A DNA stretch of 64,000 bases from Escherichia phage vB_Eco_F27. Positions within the stretch are counted from its first letter, which is position 1. The number at the start of each line of letters is the position of its first letter. A program made the position numbers and the translations under genes. Below are positions 1 through 9,174 of this stretch, in pieces. Where the stretch lies: sequence record OP870146.1, one strand, 5' to 3'. The notes under the pieces were generated by a model, which was given only the letters and a program-made list of their open reading frames with translations, was not told the origin of the DNA and did not search any database.

Positions 1-2206
1 CCGCTTCCACGGCCTTCATGAATTTAACGATTTGAGCGACCTGTTCTTTGGAAAGAGTACCACGTCGTCCCATGTAGTCTGACACAATATGATAATTGGT
101 TTCGAATTCAATAACCATTTTATCATCATTATCGTAAGCATTATCTTTAAGCTTATCGAAAATTTTAGCACACAATTCTAACTTCTTATTCAGGTCTCGG
201 TTAGTAGCACCTGAGAATCGATTCCATCCCCAACGATTATTTACTGTTGAAAGTTTTGCAAAGTCTTTACTGATTTCTTTGTTCTTAGAGCTAAAATACT
301 TACTAAGGAAGTTAAGCTCTTCATTACGAGTAATATGATTCAAATAAGGCTGTGCTCTACGACTTGGTGATACATACTCATCATAATCCACTTTATCAAT
401 TAGCGTAATATAGTCATTAATTGATTTTTCGAACAAGCATTCTACTTCACCAAGTTTACGAACTTTCTTAGCAATCTGTGGACGGACTACAGTGAACTCT
501 TTAATACCTGACAAATCAGCAATACGGGTCAAGAAATTGGAGTCATAGTTCAACCAACCTTTATCTGCGTCAAGACATTCAGCATTAGAACGATTACGAA
601 CTATAGCATAACCTTGGATTTCATCAGCTTCACTCGCTGGAATAAAGAGATCTTCTGATACCCAAACATCGTTTTCATTCTTAAAGAACCGATGAGCACT
701 TGGGGATTTAGGACGAGGCCCATTAGAACGAGTCTTGACTTCAATCCATGGCTTAACGATTTGTAAAAGCTCTGAAGTCTTGTACATGTTAATGTTGTCG
801 CCATCAAAGATAACTTTAAGGCGTTCCAGAAGTTTCATTGCATCTTCGTCTGTGGGGTCAACGAATAGTACGCTTTTACCAAAACCGCGTGGAACTTTAC
901 CGGTTAATTTAACCTCGTCTTTAGACATTTCAATTGAATTAAGAGCTCGCATTAATGGAACGCGTCCCTTAACGTCATCAATAACAATTTCAACGTTTTT
1001 AATGTTAATGCCAATCAGACTGTTAATTGAAATAGTTGCCGATGAGCTTCCGCTTTCACGAATACGACGAAGTCGTGGGTCTGAAACGATATCATATACA
1101 ACACCAAGGTTGCACCATTCAGGTCCCATTTTAAAACGTTTGTACAACTCGGAATAAGTTAGTTGTTCTTTAGAGTATTTCAGTGATTCAATATTAGACC
1201 CAGCCTTTTCCATGTATTTACGAGCGGTATAGCCAAGAGAATCAATTTCACGGAACACATGACGTGGGTATTTACAATCAATCCATTTCTTAGAATCTTC
1301 AGCGAACAATTTAGCATCGATTTCTGCAACGCGTTTATGGATATTTGCTACTGTACGTTTATCAAACGACAATGCTTCACGAGACGGGGCCACATCTAGT
1401 TCACCCATAGGGAATTTAATATAAGCTGTAGTGCATCGCGTCATCATCCATGTTTGTTCTTTAATAACACTTCCAATTGGATATACAATACCACCATAAA
1501 CAGCCATGATATTACCACGTTCACCCCATGGAGCTTCCTTGGCCAAATATACATCGTCAAATTCTGGGAAGTATTTAATATCTTTAACACCGCGAACTTC
1601 TGCAATATCACCTAGAGGACGCATAACATATGCAATTTCGGATGCGAACTTTTCAAAATCTTCCGGGTTAACCGGTACAACTACTTCTACACCCGTACGG
1701 TCATCAGGACCCATCTTATCTACGAAGGTTGGCTTAATCTGTGGACCACTGTCATCTTGATAAATTACATAACCACGAACTTCACCATTGTGATAAGACG
1801 TAAGGTTAAACGTATCAGTATATGCTAGCGGAGCTTTAGAACCGAGTCCGAATCCACCAATGAAATCGTTACTCGATGTTTTAGTTGAAGCAAAATATGA
1901 GTTATAAATTCCTGGCTCTTCGTCATTACCTCGAATGGTGAAATCGCTCATACCAGGACCAAAGTCTCGAACTACAAAACGTGGGTCTAAACGACCTGGT
2001 GCCTGAACAATAAACTTATCAGTGCAACCATTAAGAATTTGCCCATCGATACAGTTTGTGATTAATTCACGTACACAAGCCAATTCTTTATTTGTATAAA
2101 GGTCATTAGACAAAATCTTATAAACTTTGCTATTGCCTTGAATAGTGAATGCTGTGCTCTTACCGCCTGAACCAATAATCGTTTCTTTAGCCGTTTCAAT
2201 AATCAT
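1..2206 (-). CDS. rIIA: rIIA protein, partial (C-terminus lies beyond window start)
   Basis: Open reverse-strand frame from ATG at 2204-2206 (MIIETAKETIIGSGGKS...DFGPGM...) to the window edge, >735 codons; not in ORF track because it has no in-window stop; position next to gene 39 as in T4. Confidence 0.8.
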   Translation of the reverse strand, partial: MIIETAKETIIGSGGKSTAFTIQGNSKVYKILSNDLYTNKELACVRELITNCIDGQILNGCTDKFIVQAPGRLDPRFVVRDFGPGMSDFTIRGNDEEPGIYNSYFASTKTSSNDFIGGFGLGSKAPLAYTDTFNLTSYHNGEVRGYVIYQDDSGPQIKPTFVDKMGPDDRTGVEVVVPVNPEDFEKFASEIAYVMRPLGDIAEVRGVKDIKYFPEFDDVYLAKEAPWGERGNIMAVYGGIVYPIGSVIKEQTWMMTRCTTAYIKFPMGELDVAPSREALSFDKRTVANIHKRVAEIDAKLFAEDSKKWIDCKYPRHVFREIDSLGYTARKYMEKAGSNIESLKYSKEQLTYSELYKRFKMGPEWCNLGVVYDIVSDPRLRRIRESGSSSATISINSLIGINIKNVEIVIDDVKGRVPLMRALNSIEMSKDEVKLTGKVPRGFGKSVLFVDPTDEDAMKLLERLKVIFDGDNINMYKTSELLQIVKPWIEVKTRSNGPRPKSPSAHRFFKNENDVWVSEDLFIPASEADEIQGYAIVRNRSNAECLDADKGWLNYDSNFLTRIADLSGIKEFTVVRPQIAKKVRKLGEVECLFEKSINDYITLIDKVDYDEYVSPSRRAQPYLNHITRNEELNFLSKYFSSKNKEISKDFAKLSTVNNRWGWNRFSGATNRDLNKKLELCAKIFDKLKDNAYDNDDKMVIEFETNYHIVSDYMGRRGTLSKEQVAQIVKFMKAVEA

Positions 2207-2218
2207 ATTTTTCTCTCA

Positions 2219-2419
2219 TCACAAATTACGTTTAAAAATTTCTGCTACTTCAAGAAGTTCTTCTTTAGTAGCTGTATCGGTTTGTATTTTATATCGAATT
2301 TCTTTAAAGCGTTCTTTAAAGGACTCTGCTGACTCAATATCAAAAAATCTTTGGATAAGCCGGAATTCCCGGAGCACTGCTTTATCAAAAAGTTCCAAGT
2401 CCACGTTATATGTTCTCAT
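2219..2419 (-). CDS. small hypothetical protein (rIIA.1 position)
   Basis: 66-aa ORF directly upstream of rIIA on same strand. Confidence 0.45.
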   Translation of the reverse strand: MRTYNVDLELFDKAVLREFRLIQRFFDIESAESFKERFKEIRYKIQTDTATKEELLEVAEIFKRNL

Positions 2420-2511
2420 AATATTCTCTTCAGTAGATTCCTAGGGCACTATTACTAAAGACTATATAATCTATCATCTTATGTGTAATAGTGCCTCAGG
2501 CTATTCAGGAT

Positions 2512-3612
2512 TTACGCTGTGAAGATTTTATCCCACATCGCAACAACTGCATCTCGATTATACTTCTTCCATACTGCTTCAGCACGTTTAACTCGAGCTT
2601 CGTATGTGTCAGTAAATTCTAATACAGCTTTTGTGTAAAGCGCAACTACTTCTTTCTTAGGAGTAGAGGAATCAATTTCTACACGCACAGTATCTGGGTC
2701 GTATTCAAATGTCGCATGAGGATAATCCTTAAAAACTAACTGGATTACAGGGACACCTTTAGAGATGGCTTCAATAGAACTATTCTCTACCGTACCTGTG
2801 TCAGGACACGTATTAATAAGTGCTTTAGCTGTTTTAAGACGTTCCATGATTTCACTGTGTGGAGCATCAATAATAACAGGATACTTAGCCGGTGGTGCCC
2901 ATTTGCTTGGACAATAACCAATACCATTTTCGCCTAGTGCTTTAATCGCTTCAAGAGCAACATCAGTACGACGCATTTTAGTGTCATAACGTTGTGCACT
3001 AATAATCAGATCAGTCGCCGGAAGAACTTCAGGTTTCTCATTCAAACAAATAACCGGATAATCTTCGGCTTCAAACAACGGATTTGCTCGCCAATAATCA
3101 TAATCAATTTTGTCAGTCAGACCTGAAGTCATATAACAATATTTGCGTTCAAATTCACGGAAGGCTTTAGTAGGAGCATAACTCTTACCGCCATTCTTAT
3201 GAATTTGAATAGTCTGGTCCCAAATTTGAACAATGCCACGAGATACCGGTTCAAATGGTGTTGCCATAAAATTCTTATGAACTTTAGAGAGACCTGCGTC
3301 TTTAATTGCCTGAACGGTTAGTTTAGTCGGTTCCATAGTAACAACAAAATCGTATTCATGGATGCCGGCTAGTTCAACAATCTTACGAGCCATAGTATAA
3401 CTCATACCTAGACTGAATTTTGTCAGATGACCAACAGGATGATGATTAACCTTCCAATCACCAAACGTGTCATTATCAAAACCGATATAATCAATATCGG
3501 CACCAATAGAAACTAAATATTTCAACACATTTAAATGTACTGCTTCAAGACCACCTTGTACACGGTCAGGATTAAATGGGACTGCACGAGATGGGATAAA
3601 CATAACTTTCAT
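2512..3612 (-). CDS. putative glycosyltransferase, GT-B fold (candidate DNA hmC glycosyl/arabinosyl-transferase)
   Basis: 366 aa; N-terminal MKVMFIPSRAVPFNPDRVQGGLEAVHLN and C-terminal ENSSIEAISKGVPVI resemble GT1/GT-B donor-binding motifs; sits between rIIA and gene 39 where T4 has gene 60 and mobA. Confidence 0.55.
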   Translation of the reverse strand: MKVMFIPSRAVPFNPDRVQGGLEAVHLNVLKYLVSIGADIDYIGFDNDTFGDWKVNHHPVGHLTKFSLGMSYTMARKIVELAGIHEYDFVVTMEPTKLTVQAIKDAGLSKVHKNFMATPFEPVSRGIVQIWDQTIQIHKNGGKSYAPTKAFREFERKYCYMTSGLTDKIDYDYWRANPLFEAEDYPVICLNEKPEVLPATDLIISAQRYDTKMRRTDVALEAIKALGENGIGYCPSKWAPPAKYPVIIDAPHSEIMERLKTAKALINTCPDTGTVENSSIEAISKGVPVIQLVFKDYPHATFEYDPDTVRVEIDSSTPKKEVVALYTKAVLEFTDTYEARVKRAEAVWKKYNRDAVVAMWDKIFTA

Positions 3613-3627
3613 AATTAAGCCTTATTA

Positions 3628-3656
3628 AAATTAAAATGAAGCTCCCGAAGGAGCTT
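3628..3656 (-). terminator. rho-independent terminator (UUCG tetraloop)
   Basis: AAGCUCC-UUCG-GGAGCUU then UCAUUUUAAUUUU on minus transcript; between HNH and glycosyltransferase genes. Confidence 0.55.
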
Positions 3657-4452
3657 AGGACATCCAACACATTTTATAACCTTTGCAGGTTCTGTTAGGA
3701 TTATTTAATGCTTTCAATATATTAGAAGACCCTATATCTAAATACTCCCTTAATTCATAAAGATAGTTAAAATCAATAGTTTCACCTGTTTTTACACTTG
3801 TGATTCTTATAGGCCTTCTTTCATATTTAGATTTATACAACTCTCTAGTCTTAGCTTTAGTTTCTTCCGACCTAGGAGTGTATGGTTTAAATCCTTTTGT
3901 TTTAAATGTTTCCATTCTTGATTTAGTTATTTTATCCTGGTGTTCTTTTGTTTTTACAGGTGCTTTTCGCCCATTCTCCCAAGATAACTTATTGGCCTGT
4001 ATTATTTTATCTATTGCTTCTTGCGTATGAGTTTTACCATAAAATGGATTTAATTCGCCTATACGTTGTGAAGCAATATGTGACATTAATTCTCTTGTTG
4101 CTTTAGTATGTTTTTTACCTTTAAATGGGTTGCCATTTTTAGCAATCCATTCTTTCATAAATCTAGAGTGCTCTTTAGAGAATTCTTGTTTAAGCCAATC
4201 ATAATCTCTAGAATTTCTAGCTCCCATGTAAAAAGCTCTAATAGCCATAAGCATAGAACGGTTCTTATGAATTTTATAAAGCAATAAATGGGCGATAAAA
4301 TGCTCTCTAGGGGTCAATTTAACTAGATTTGATTTAGCATTACTCCCGCCCATAGATTTTGGCAATATATGATGTGTCTCAGTATAATTAGGAATAATGC
4401 TGCGGTTTTTAGCCGCAGCGATAAGTTTATCATAAATTTTACGATAATTCAT
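3655..4452 (-). CDS. HNH homing endonuclease with NUMOD3-type DNA-binding repeats
   Basis: HHILPKSMGGSNAKSNLVKLTPREHFIAH HNH motif; repeated GNPFKGKKHTKATRELMS / NPFYGKTHTQEAIDKI modules; start may be 4467 or 4452. Confidence 0.75.
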   Translation of the reverse strand: MNYRKIYDKLIAAAKNRSIIPNYTETHHILPKSMGGSNAKSNLVKLTPREHFIAHLLLYKIHKNRSMLMAIRAFYMGARNSRDYDWLKQEFSKEHSRFMKEWIAKNGNPFKGKKHTKATRELMSHIASQRIGELNPFYGKTHTQEAIDKIIQANKLSWENGRKAPVKTKEHQDKITKSRMETFKTKGFKPYTPRSEETKAKTRELYKSKYERRPIRITSVKTGETIDFNYLYELREYLDIGSSNILKALNNPNRTCKGYKMCWMS

Positions 4453-6272
4453 TATCCTAGCATCCAATCTTTACGGAGTTCAGGGTCGTTACCCATGAGC
4501 ATTTCAAATAGTTCTTTCCAATTTTCAGGAAGTTTAACTACGTCGTACACAGGGTTTTGAATCATTTCTTTATATTCATCTCGCTGAAGTGAGCCCAATC
4601 CCTTGATGTATCGAATACTATGCTTAGGCAGTGTATCTTTAACTTCTTCATACTCAGCTACAGTATAAAACCATTTTTGAGTTTTGCCAATTTGTGCAAT
4701 AATTACAGGCGTTTTAACAAAGCGAATACGTCCTTGTTCAAACAATTCAGGCCAATTACTAAAGAAAGCAAGCAAAGCCGGATAGATACTTCCAAGACCG
4801 TCATGATCGGCATCGGTCATAATTGCAATATTACGATAGTTCGTATTCTCTGCCTTTTCACCAAGAATAAGACCCGTGATAGCACAGATATCGAAGAGCT
4901 CTTTGTTCTTCATCATATCAGCATATGACATACCCCAGCTATTCATCACCTTACCACGTAATGGGAATCCGCCGTGTAGTTCACGGTCACGAACATCAAT
5001 GAGATAACCAATTGCCGAATCACCTTCTGTTAAGAACAATGTCGTATCTGCATCTTTACCACATTGGTTAGCTTTAATATGCTTATGAACCTTAGCTTTA
5101 GTTGCCTTTTTAGCTGCTTTAGTTTCTGCAGCCTTTTCTGCTGCCAATTTACGAGCTAATGCGGCTTCAACAATAGGCATAATCAAGGCTTCGTTTTTAA
5201 GAAGCGCCTGAGCAATTTTCTTAGCATCTAATTGGATATGATTACGAATATCACCATACGTTGACGTTAAACGTTCTTTAGTCTGAGAATCAAAACGCAT
5301 GTTGCTCATGTCTCTAATAAACATCAACATTGTGAGGCATTCTTTAACACGAGCTTTAGTGACTTCAATACCCTTATATTTCTTTTTAATACCCGGCAAA
5401 AGATGTTCGCAGATATCGTCCATTACACATTCAACATGATGTCCACCATTTTTAGTATGGATGTTATTCACATAAGTTAAATGACGGAAGCCATCTGGTG
5501 ATGTTGTGAATGCTATAGAGACTTTATCATTTTCTTGAATGATGTTATCTTCACCAAATTGTTTAGCAAATCGTTTAAAATTACCATCAACCTTTTTACC
5601 ATTAAATGTGAACTTGATATCAGGATAAACGACTGCCAATGTTTGAAGTCGGTCTAAAGTAATATCTAAATAAATTTGAGATAAATTATGCTCTTCAAAT
5701 GAAGAGAAATCAGGAGTGAAGATTACTTTAGTGCCTTTACCTTTAGATTTCTTAGAAGACCATGATTTGTTTTCCATTCCGTTTGAACAGTTAACAGTGA
5801 TTTCGTTTTCGCCATCTGACGTGATGCCTGTAAACAACGTAGAGAAGATATTAGTTAAACTACTCCCGACGCCGTTCATACCACCAGTCTTGCGTTCAGA
5901 GTCATCACCAAAGTTACCACCAGCCTTTGGAATAGTCCAGGCTGCTACAGGCCCAGGAATTTGTTCACCTGTTTGGTCGGTAACTAAACCTTGAGGAATA
6001 CCACGTCCGTTATCTTCCACCGAAACTTGATTATTTTTAATTTGCACATCAATTTTATTTGCAAACTTAAATGATGTACGAATAGCTTCATCAACCGAGT
6101 TGTCAATAATCTCATCGATTAATTTAACCAGACCAGGAACATATTCAACTTGTTGATATTTACCAAACAAAAAACGCTCATGGGCTTCTTTAGCAGAAGA
6201 ACCAATATACATACCACTACGTTTCTTAATATGTTCTACATCTGACAATACCTTAATTTCATTTTTAATCAT
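4452..6272 (-). CDS. 39: DNA topoisomerase II large subunit (GyrB-like ATPase), unsplit
   Basis: 606 aa, MIKNEIKVLSDVEHIKKRSGMYIGSS..., GHKL ATPase and Toprim motifs; single continuous ORF covering what T4 splits into genes 39 and 60. Confidence 0.9.
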   Translation of the reverse strand: MIKNEIKVLSDVEHIKKRSGMYIGSSAKEAHERFLFGKYQQVEYVPGLVKLIDEIIDNSVDEAIRTSFKFANKIDVQIKNNQVSVEDNGRGIPQGLVTDQTGEQIPGPVAAWTIPKAGGNFGDDSERKTGGMNGVGSSLTNIFSTLFTGITSDGENEITVNCSNGMENKSWSSKKSKGKGTKVIFTPDFSSFEEHNLSQIYLDITLDRLQTLAVVYPDIKFTFNGKKVDGNFKRFAKQFGEDNIIQENDKVSIAFTTSPDGFRHLTYVNNIHTKNGGHHVECVMDDICEHLLPGIKKKYKGIEVTKARVKECLTMLMFIRDMSNMRFDSQTKERLTSTYGDIRNHIQLDAKKIAQALLKNEALIMPIVEAALARKLAAEKAAETKAAKKATKAKVHKHIKANQCGKDADTTLFLTEGDSAIGYLIDVRDRELHGGFPLRGKVMNSWGMSYADMMKNKELFDICAITGLILGEKAENTNYRNIAIMTDADHDGLGSIYPALLAFFSNWPELFEQGRIRFVKTPVIIAQIGKTQKWFYTVAEYEEVKDTLPKHSIRYIKGLGSLQRDEYKEMIQNPVYDVVKLPENWKELFEMLMGNDPELRKDWMLG

Positions 6273-6311
6273 GTTGTCTCCTCGTTATGAAGGTATTCTA
6301 TCATCCGAAAT

Positions 6312-6337
6312 CTAAAGCAAAAAGGGCCGAAGCCCTT
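6312..6337 (-). terminator. rho-independent terminator (UUCG tetraloop)
   Basis: AAGGGC-UUCG-GCCCUU then UUUUGCUUU. Confidence 0.6.
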
Positions 6338-6761
6338 ATTTAAATTTAATTTTCTGAAGTGCATCAATTGCAGCTAAACGCCCTTGTTCACTTTTAACTG
6401 TAATGACCACATCGCCTGATACGATCACCGAACCATCAACAAATTCTATAGAGCCTTTTTTGAAATCGACAGCTGTATCTGGTTCCGGAACTTCTTCAAA
6501 GAATTTAAATTCTGCACCATAAAGCAGAATATCACCTTGCATACTATGAATAGTTCGGCCATAATCGCCTACGGCTTCTACAGCAATAATCGAAACGCCA
6601 TAACCAATCATCTCTTCCACAATAAAATCTTTGGACAATAAAGTAGTATGCAGATTAGTATTAAGACGTTTACCAGTTGTATTAAGAATTCTCAAGAAAT
6701 TATCTTCTTGTCCTTTGATAATACGATATTTCTTACCAACTTCAAAACCTTTAAAAGCCAT
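6336..6761 (-). CDS. hypothetical protein
   Basis: 141-aa ORF, minus-strand operon context. Confidence 0.5.
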   Translation of the reverse strand: MAFKGFEVGKKYRIIKGQEDNFLRILNTTGKRLNTNLHTTLLSKDFIVEEMIGYGVSIIAVEAVGDYGRTIHSMQGDILLYGAEFKFFEEVPEPDTAVDFKKGSIEFVDGSVIVSGDVVITVKSEQGRLAAIDALQKIKFK

Positions 6762-6763
6762 AA

Positions 6764-6943
6764 TTAACCCTTCTTAAGTAAGTCGTAAAAACCACCGTTC
6801 ACATGTTTAGGAGCAGAAACCCGACGAGTAGACAGACGATGACATTCAGGGCAAACATCGTTTTCTCGTTCAGAAATTCTTTTAATTTTTTCATATTCAT
6901 GACCACAATCTTCAGATTGGCATTTATAGTCGTATAACGGCAT
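6764..6943 (-). CDS. small zinc-ribbon protein (FmdB-like CxxC...CxxC)
   Basis: 59-codon ORF missing from track: MPLYDYKCQSEDCGHEYEKIKRISERENDVCPECHRLSTRRV...; fills gap between flanking genes. Confidence 0.5.
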   Translation of the reverse strand: MPLYDYKCQSEDCGHEYEKIKRISERENDVCPECHRLSTRRVSAPKHVNGGFYDLLKKG

Positions 6944-6948
6944 TATTA

Positions 6949-7377
6949 TTATTCCTTAAAATGTGCTTTCAACATTTGATACAAAGACCATGCCTGGTCA
7001 TTATTTTTGATAGTAATCGTCATCACAGGAAATTCAGACAATTCATCAAGTTCACCAGAATCTTGCTCTTCGGACGCTTGATACGGATTTTCAACTTCGT
7101 CAAAGAACTCTGCTTCATTCGTGGAAAGCCAGATAAAGTTTTCATCAAGGATATCACCGCCTGATGCATATCCAACCATGCCAGTAGATGTCACAATTTT
7201 GGTAGGACGTCCAAGATGGTCAACATCTAATACTTTAAATGGTTCCATGCCAAGACGTCGTGCATAAATCCCATTATCAGTGTGGTCTTTAATAAACTCT
7301 TCTTGGGCACGTTTATCTATAAATTGGTACCATGAATTAACGCGGAATTTATTAGCCATTAGTAAGTTTCCTTCCAA
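6949..7377 (-). CDS. hypothetical protein
   Basis: 142-aa ORF; acidic C-terminal half. Confidence 0.5.
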   Translation of the reverse strand: MEGNLLMANKFRVNSWYQFIDKRAQEEFIKDHTDNGIYARRLGMEPFKVLDVDHLGRPTKIVTSTGMVGYASGGDILDENFIWLSTNEAEFFDEVENPYQASEEQDSGELDELSEFPVMTITIKNNDQAWSLYQMLKAHFKE

Positions 7378-7586
7378 TAAGTTGTACCGTTTTCAGTGAT
7401 TTCACGGAAGATACCATAGATAGGCATTTCATCACCGAGTTTTTCGTAAACGTAAACCACTTCTGTGTAGCATAAAAATTCGGTCCAGTTTTTCTGTACA
7501 ACAACTAAATCAGGATTAAACAGAACATCTTCAAACTCATCGATGTTTGAATCAGTAGTTACGTTTTTAATGATTTGACGTTTCAT
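7359..7586 (-). CDS. hypothetical protein
   Basis: ORF with start at MKRQ (7584-7586) preceded by GAGGAG SD and early promoter; upstream 15 codons of listed ORF overlap the promoter. Confidence 0.45.
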   Translation of the reverse strand: MKRQIIKNVTTDSNIDEFEDVLFNPDLVVVQKNWTEFLCYTEVVYVYEKLGDEMPIYGIFREITENGTTYWKETY

Positions 7587-7610
7587 AATATTCTCCTCTT
7601 GTTTTGATAG

Positions 7611-7644
7611 GTCTATAGTATCATAGACCATAGTTGTTGTACAT
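7611..7644 (-). promoter_or_regulatory. early-type promoter (minus strand)
   Basis: TGTACA-spacer-TACTATAGACC then 5'UTR TATCAAAACAAGAGGAGAA shared with promoter at 55670. Confidence 0.5.
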
Positions 7645-8168
7645 CATTTTAGCAAAATAAAATCAACTTGTTCTGCCAATGAACGTCTAAACATTAATTG
7701 ACAACTTCCGAGGATGAAATCAGGTGCTTCATAGACCGCGATGTAGTATCCTTTAGCTTTCAAGAGTTCAACATCCACCTGGTCATCAAACCATGCATAA
7801 ACCGCGTCAACACTTTCAAATCCAAAATAGAACCCTTGAGCCCAATCTTCGTTCAATTCAAATGTGTGCTCAATTCTATAGTATCTTAAGATATTTTGTT
7901 CAAGGAGTTTGTCTTCATTTACTGTAGGACGATTGGGGACATTATAGTTGTCGCCGTGATGGTAGAAGTTACCTGAGATTATTCCATGTTTATCAAGGAA
8001 CTCCCATGTTTCTTCAGAGTTGTCGGTGCCCGACCAACCGTATGGCGAACGAGGTTCTTTATTCCAAGAGGTTTCCCAAATTCTGACGGCTTTACCGTCT
8101 TCGATAGCAATTCCCGGTAATGATTCACGTTGAGTACAAAAACTACGTTCTACGCGGTAAACTAACAT
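7644..8168 (-). CDS. hypothetical protein
   Basis: 174-aa ORF with own promoter and SD. Confidence 0.5.
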   Translation of the reverse strand: MLVYRVERSFCTQRESLPGIAIEDGKAVRIWETSWNKEPRSPYGWSGTDNSEETWEFLDKHGIISGNFYHHGDNYNVPNRPTVNEDKLLEQNILRYYRIEHTFELNEDWAQGFYFGFESVDAVYAWFDDQVDVELLKAKGYYIAVYEAPDFILGSCQLMFRRSLAEQVDFILLK

Positions 8169-8189
8169 ATTATTCTCCTCTGGTTGATA

Positions 8190-8223
8190 TGGTTATAATA
8201 CAAAAACCAGAGGAGAAGTAAAC
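8190..8223 (-). promoter_or_regulatory. early promoter GTTTAC-N17-TATTAT, spacer complementary to downstream SD
   Basis: Minus strand GTTTAC ttctcctctggtttttg TATTATAACC; spacer CTCCTCTGGTT pairs with 5'UTR AACCAGAGGAG. Confidence 0.6.
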
Positions 8224-8227
8224 AACT

Positions 8228-8647
8228 TTATGCGAAAGCAGCTGGGCTATATTTTTTAATTTGGAATTCAGGAACTACCATGAACTGTCCGGCGAAAACG
8301 ATGTTATAAAGCTTAACACCATCTTCTACCCAACGGTCGCTAATAAATCCGGCGATTTGCTTAGTTTTCCACGGTGTTCCATCAGTTGCCGCAGCAATAG
8401 TGAATTCATGGTCTTTTTCAACAGAAACTGATCTGCATAATCCCCATTTGAACGCTTTTTCTTCTGGTTCAATGAATTGGCTTGAGACATAACCAATGTT
8501 ACCATCAGCGTCACGAACTTTAACTTCGTTACGTCCAAAAACCGGATCACTCACAGAAAGAACTTCAACCAACTTCCCAGCAACTTTAGAGCGAGAAGCA
8601 ACGGATACATATACATAATCACCTGTAGAGAGATTTACAATATTCAT
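8228..8647 (-). CDS. hypothetical protein, tandem paralog family member 1
   Basis: Shares C-terminal motif GFISDRWVEDGVKLYNIVFAGQF with next two ORFs. Confidence 0.55.
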   Translation of the reverse strand: MNIVNLSTGDYVYVSVASRSKVAGKLVEVLSVSDPVFGRNEVKVRDADGNIGYVSSQFIEPEEKAFKWGLCRSVSVEKDHEFTIAAATDGTPWKTKQIAGFISDRWVEDGVKLYNIVFAGQFMVVPEFQIKKYSPAAFA

Positions 8648-8656
8648 AATAATTCC

Positions 8657-9112
8657 TTAAGCTTTACGAGGAGACACGTAGCGAGTGATTTCAGATTCTT
8701 TAACAACTCGGAAGTCACCTAAGAATACGATATTGTATAACTTTTCACCATCTTCAACCCATTGGTCACTAATGAAGCCACACATAGTATCAGTTTTGCT
8801 TGGATAACCGTATTCATCGATGAAGTCAAATTCTTTATCAGTCTGGAATTCAACACCTTTGCAAAGGGCCCATTTGAACTGTGCATTAGGTTCAGTAGAA
8901 GCAAAATGAGCGCTCACATGAGTTTCCAAAAATTTAGGACTTACGTAAGCGTACTGAGTTTCAGTTTTTCCAGAACTAGGAATGATTCTAACTTTAACTT
9001 CTTTAACACGACCAGTACCATTAGTACGAAGTCCTACCACTTCAACTAGACGACCTGCAGCTTTAGAACGAGATGCAGACGATACACGCTTAATTTCACC
9101 AATAGTAATCAT
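8657..9112 (-). CDS. hypothetical protein, tandem paralog family member 2
   Basis: Start taken at MITIGEIKRVSSASRSK (aligns with paralog 1 N-terminus); GFISDQWVEDGEKLYNIVFLGDFRVV motif. Confidence 0.55.
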   Translation of the reverse strand: MITIGEIKRVSSASRSKAAGRLVEVVGLRTNGTGRVKEVKVRIIPSSGKTETQYAYVSPKFLETHVSAHFASTEPNAQFKWALCKGVEFQTDKEFDFIDEYGYPSKTDTMCGFISDQWVEDGEKLYNIVFLGDFRVVKESEITRYVSPRKA

Positions 9113-9140
9113 AATTTCTCTCTCTTTGTTTAAATTGAAT

Positions 9141-9171
9141 TCACTATACTCCATCCATCCTTGGATGTACA
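9141..9171 (-). promoter_or_regulatory. early-type promoter
   Basis: TGTACA-spacer-TATAGT upstream of paralog 2 start. Confidence 0.45.
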
Positions 9172-9174
9172 ACA

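Noticed and set aside
735-1760. Plus-strand ORFs (735-1157, 1506-1760, also 2145-2444) inside the rIIA region
   Set aside because: They lie antisense within the long uninterrupted minus-strand rIIA frame and lack SD sequences; shadow ORFs
2445-2495. 11-bp inverted repeat (GGCACTATTAC/GTAATAGTGCC) flanking a TATATAAT box upstream of the rIIA.1-like ORF, considered as a promoter
   Set aside because: No -35 element at workable spacing (nearest GTAAAT about 39 bp away); kept only as an unassigned inverted repeat
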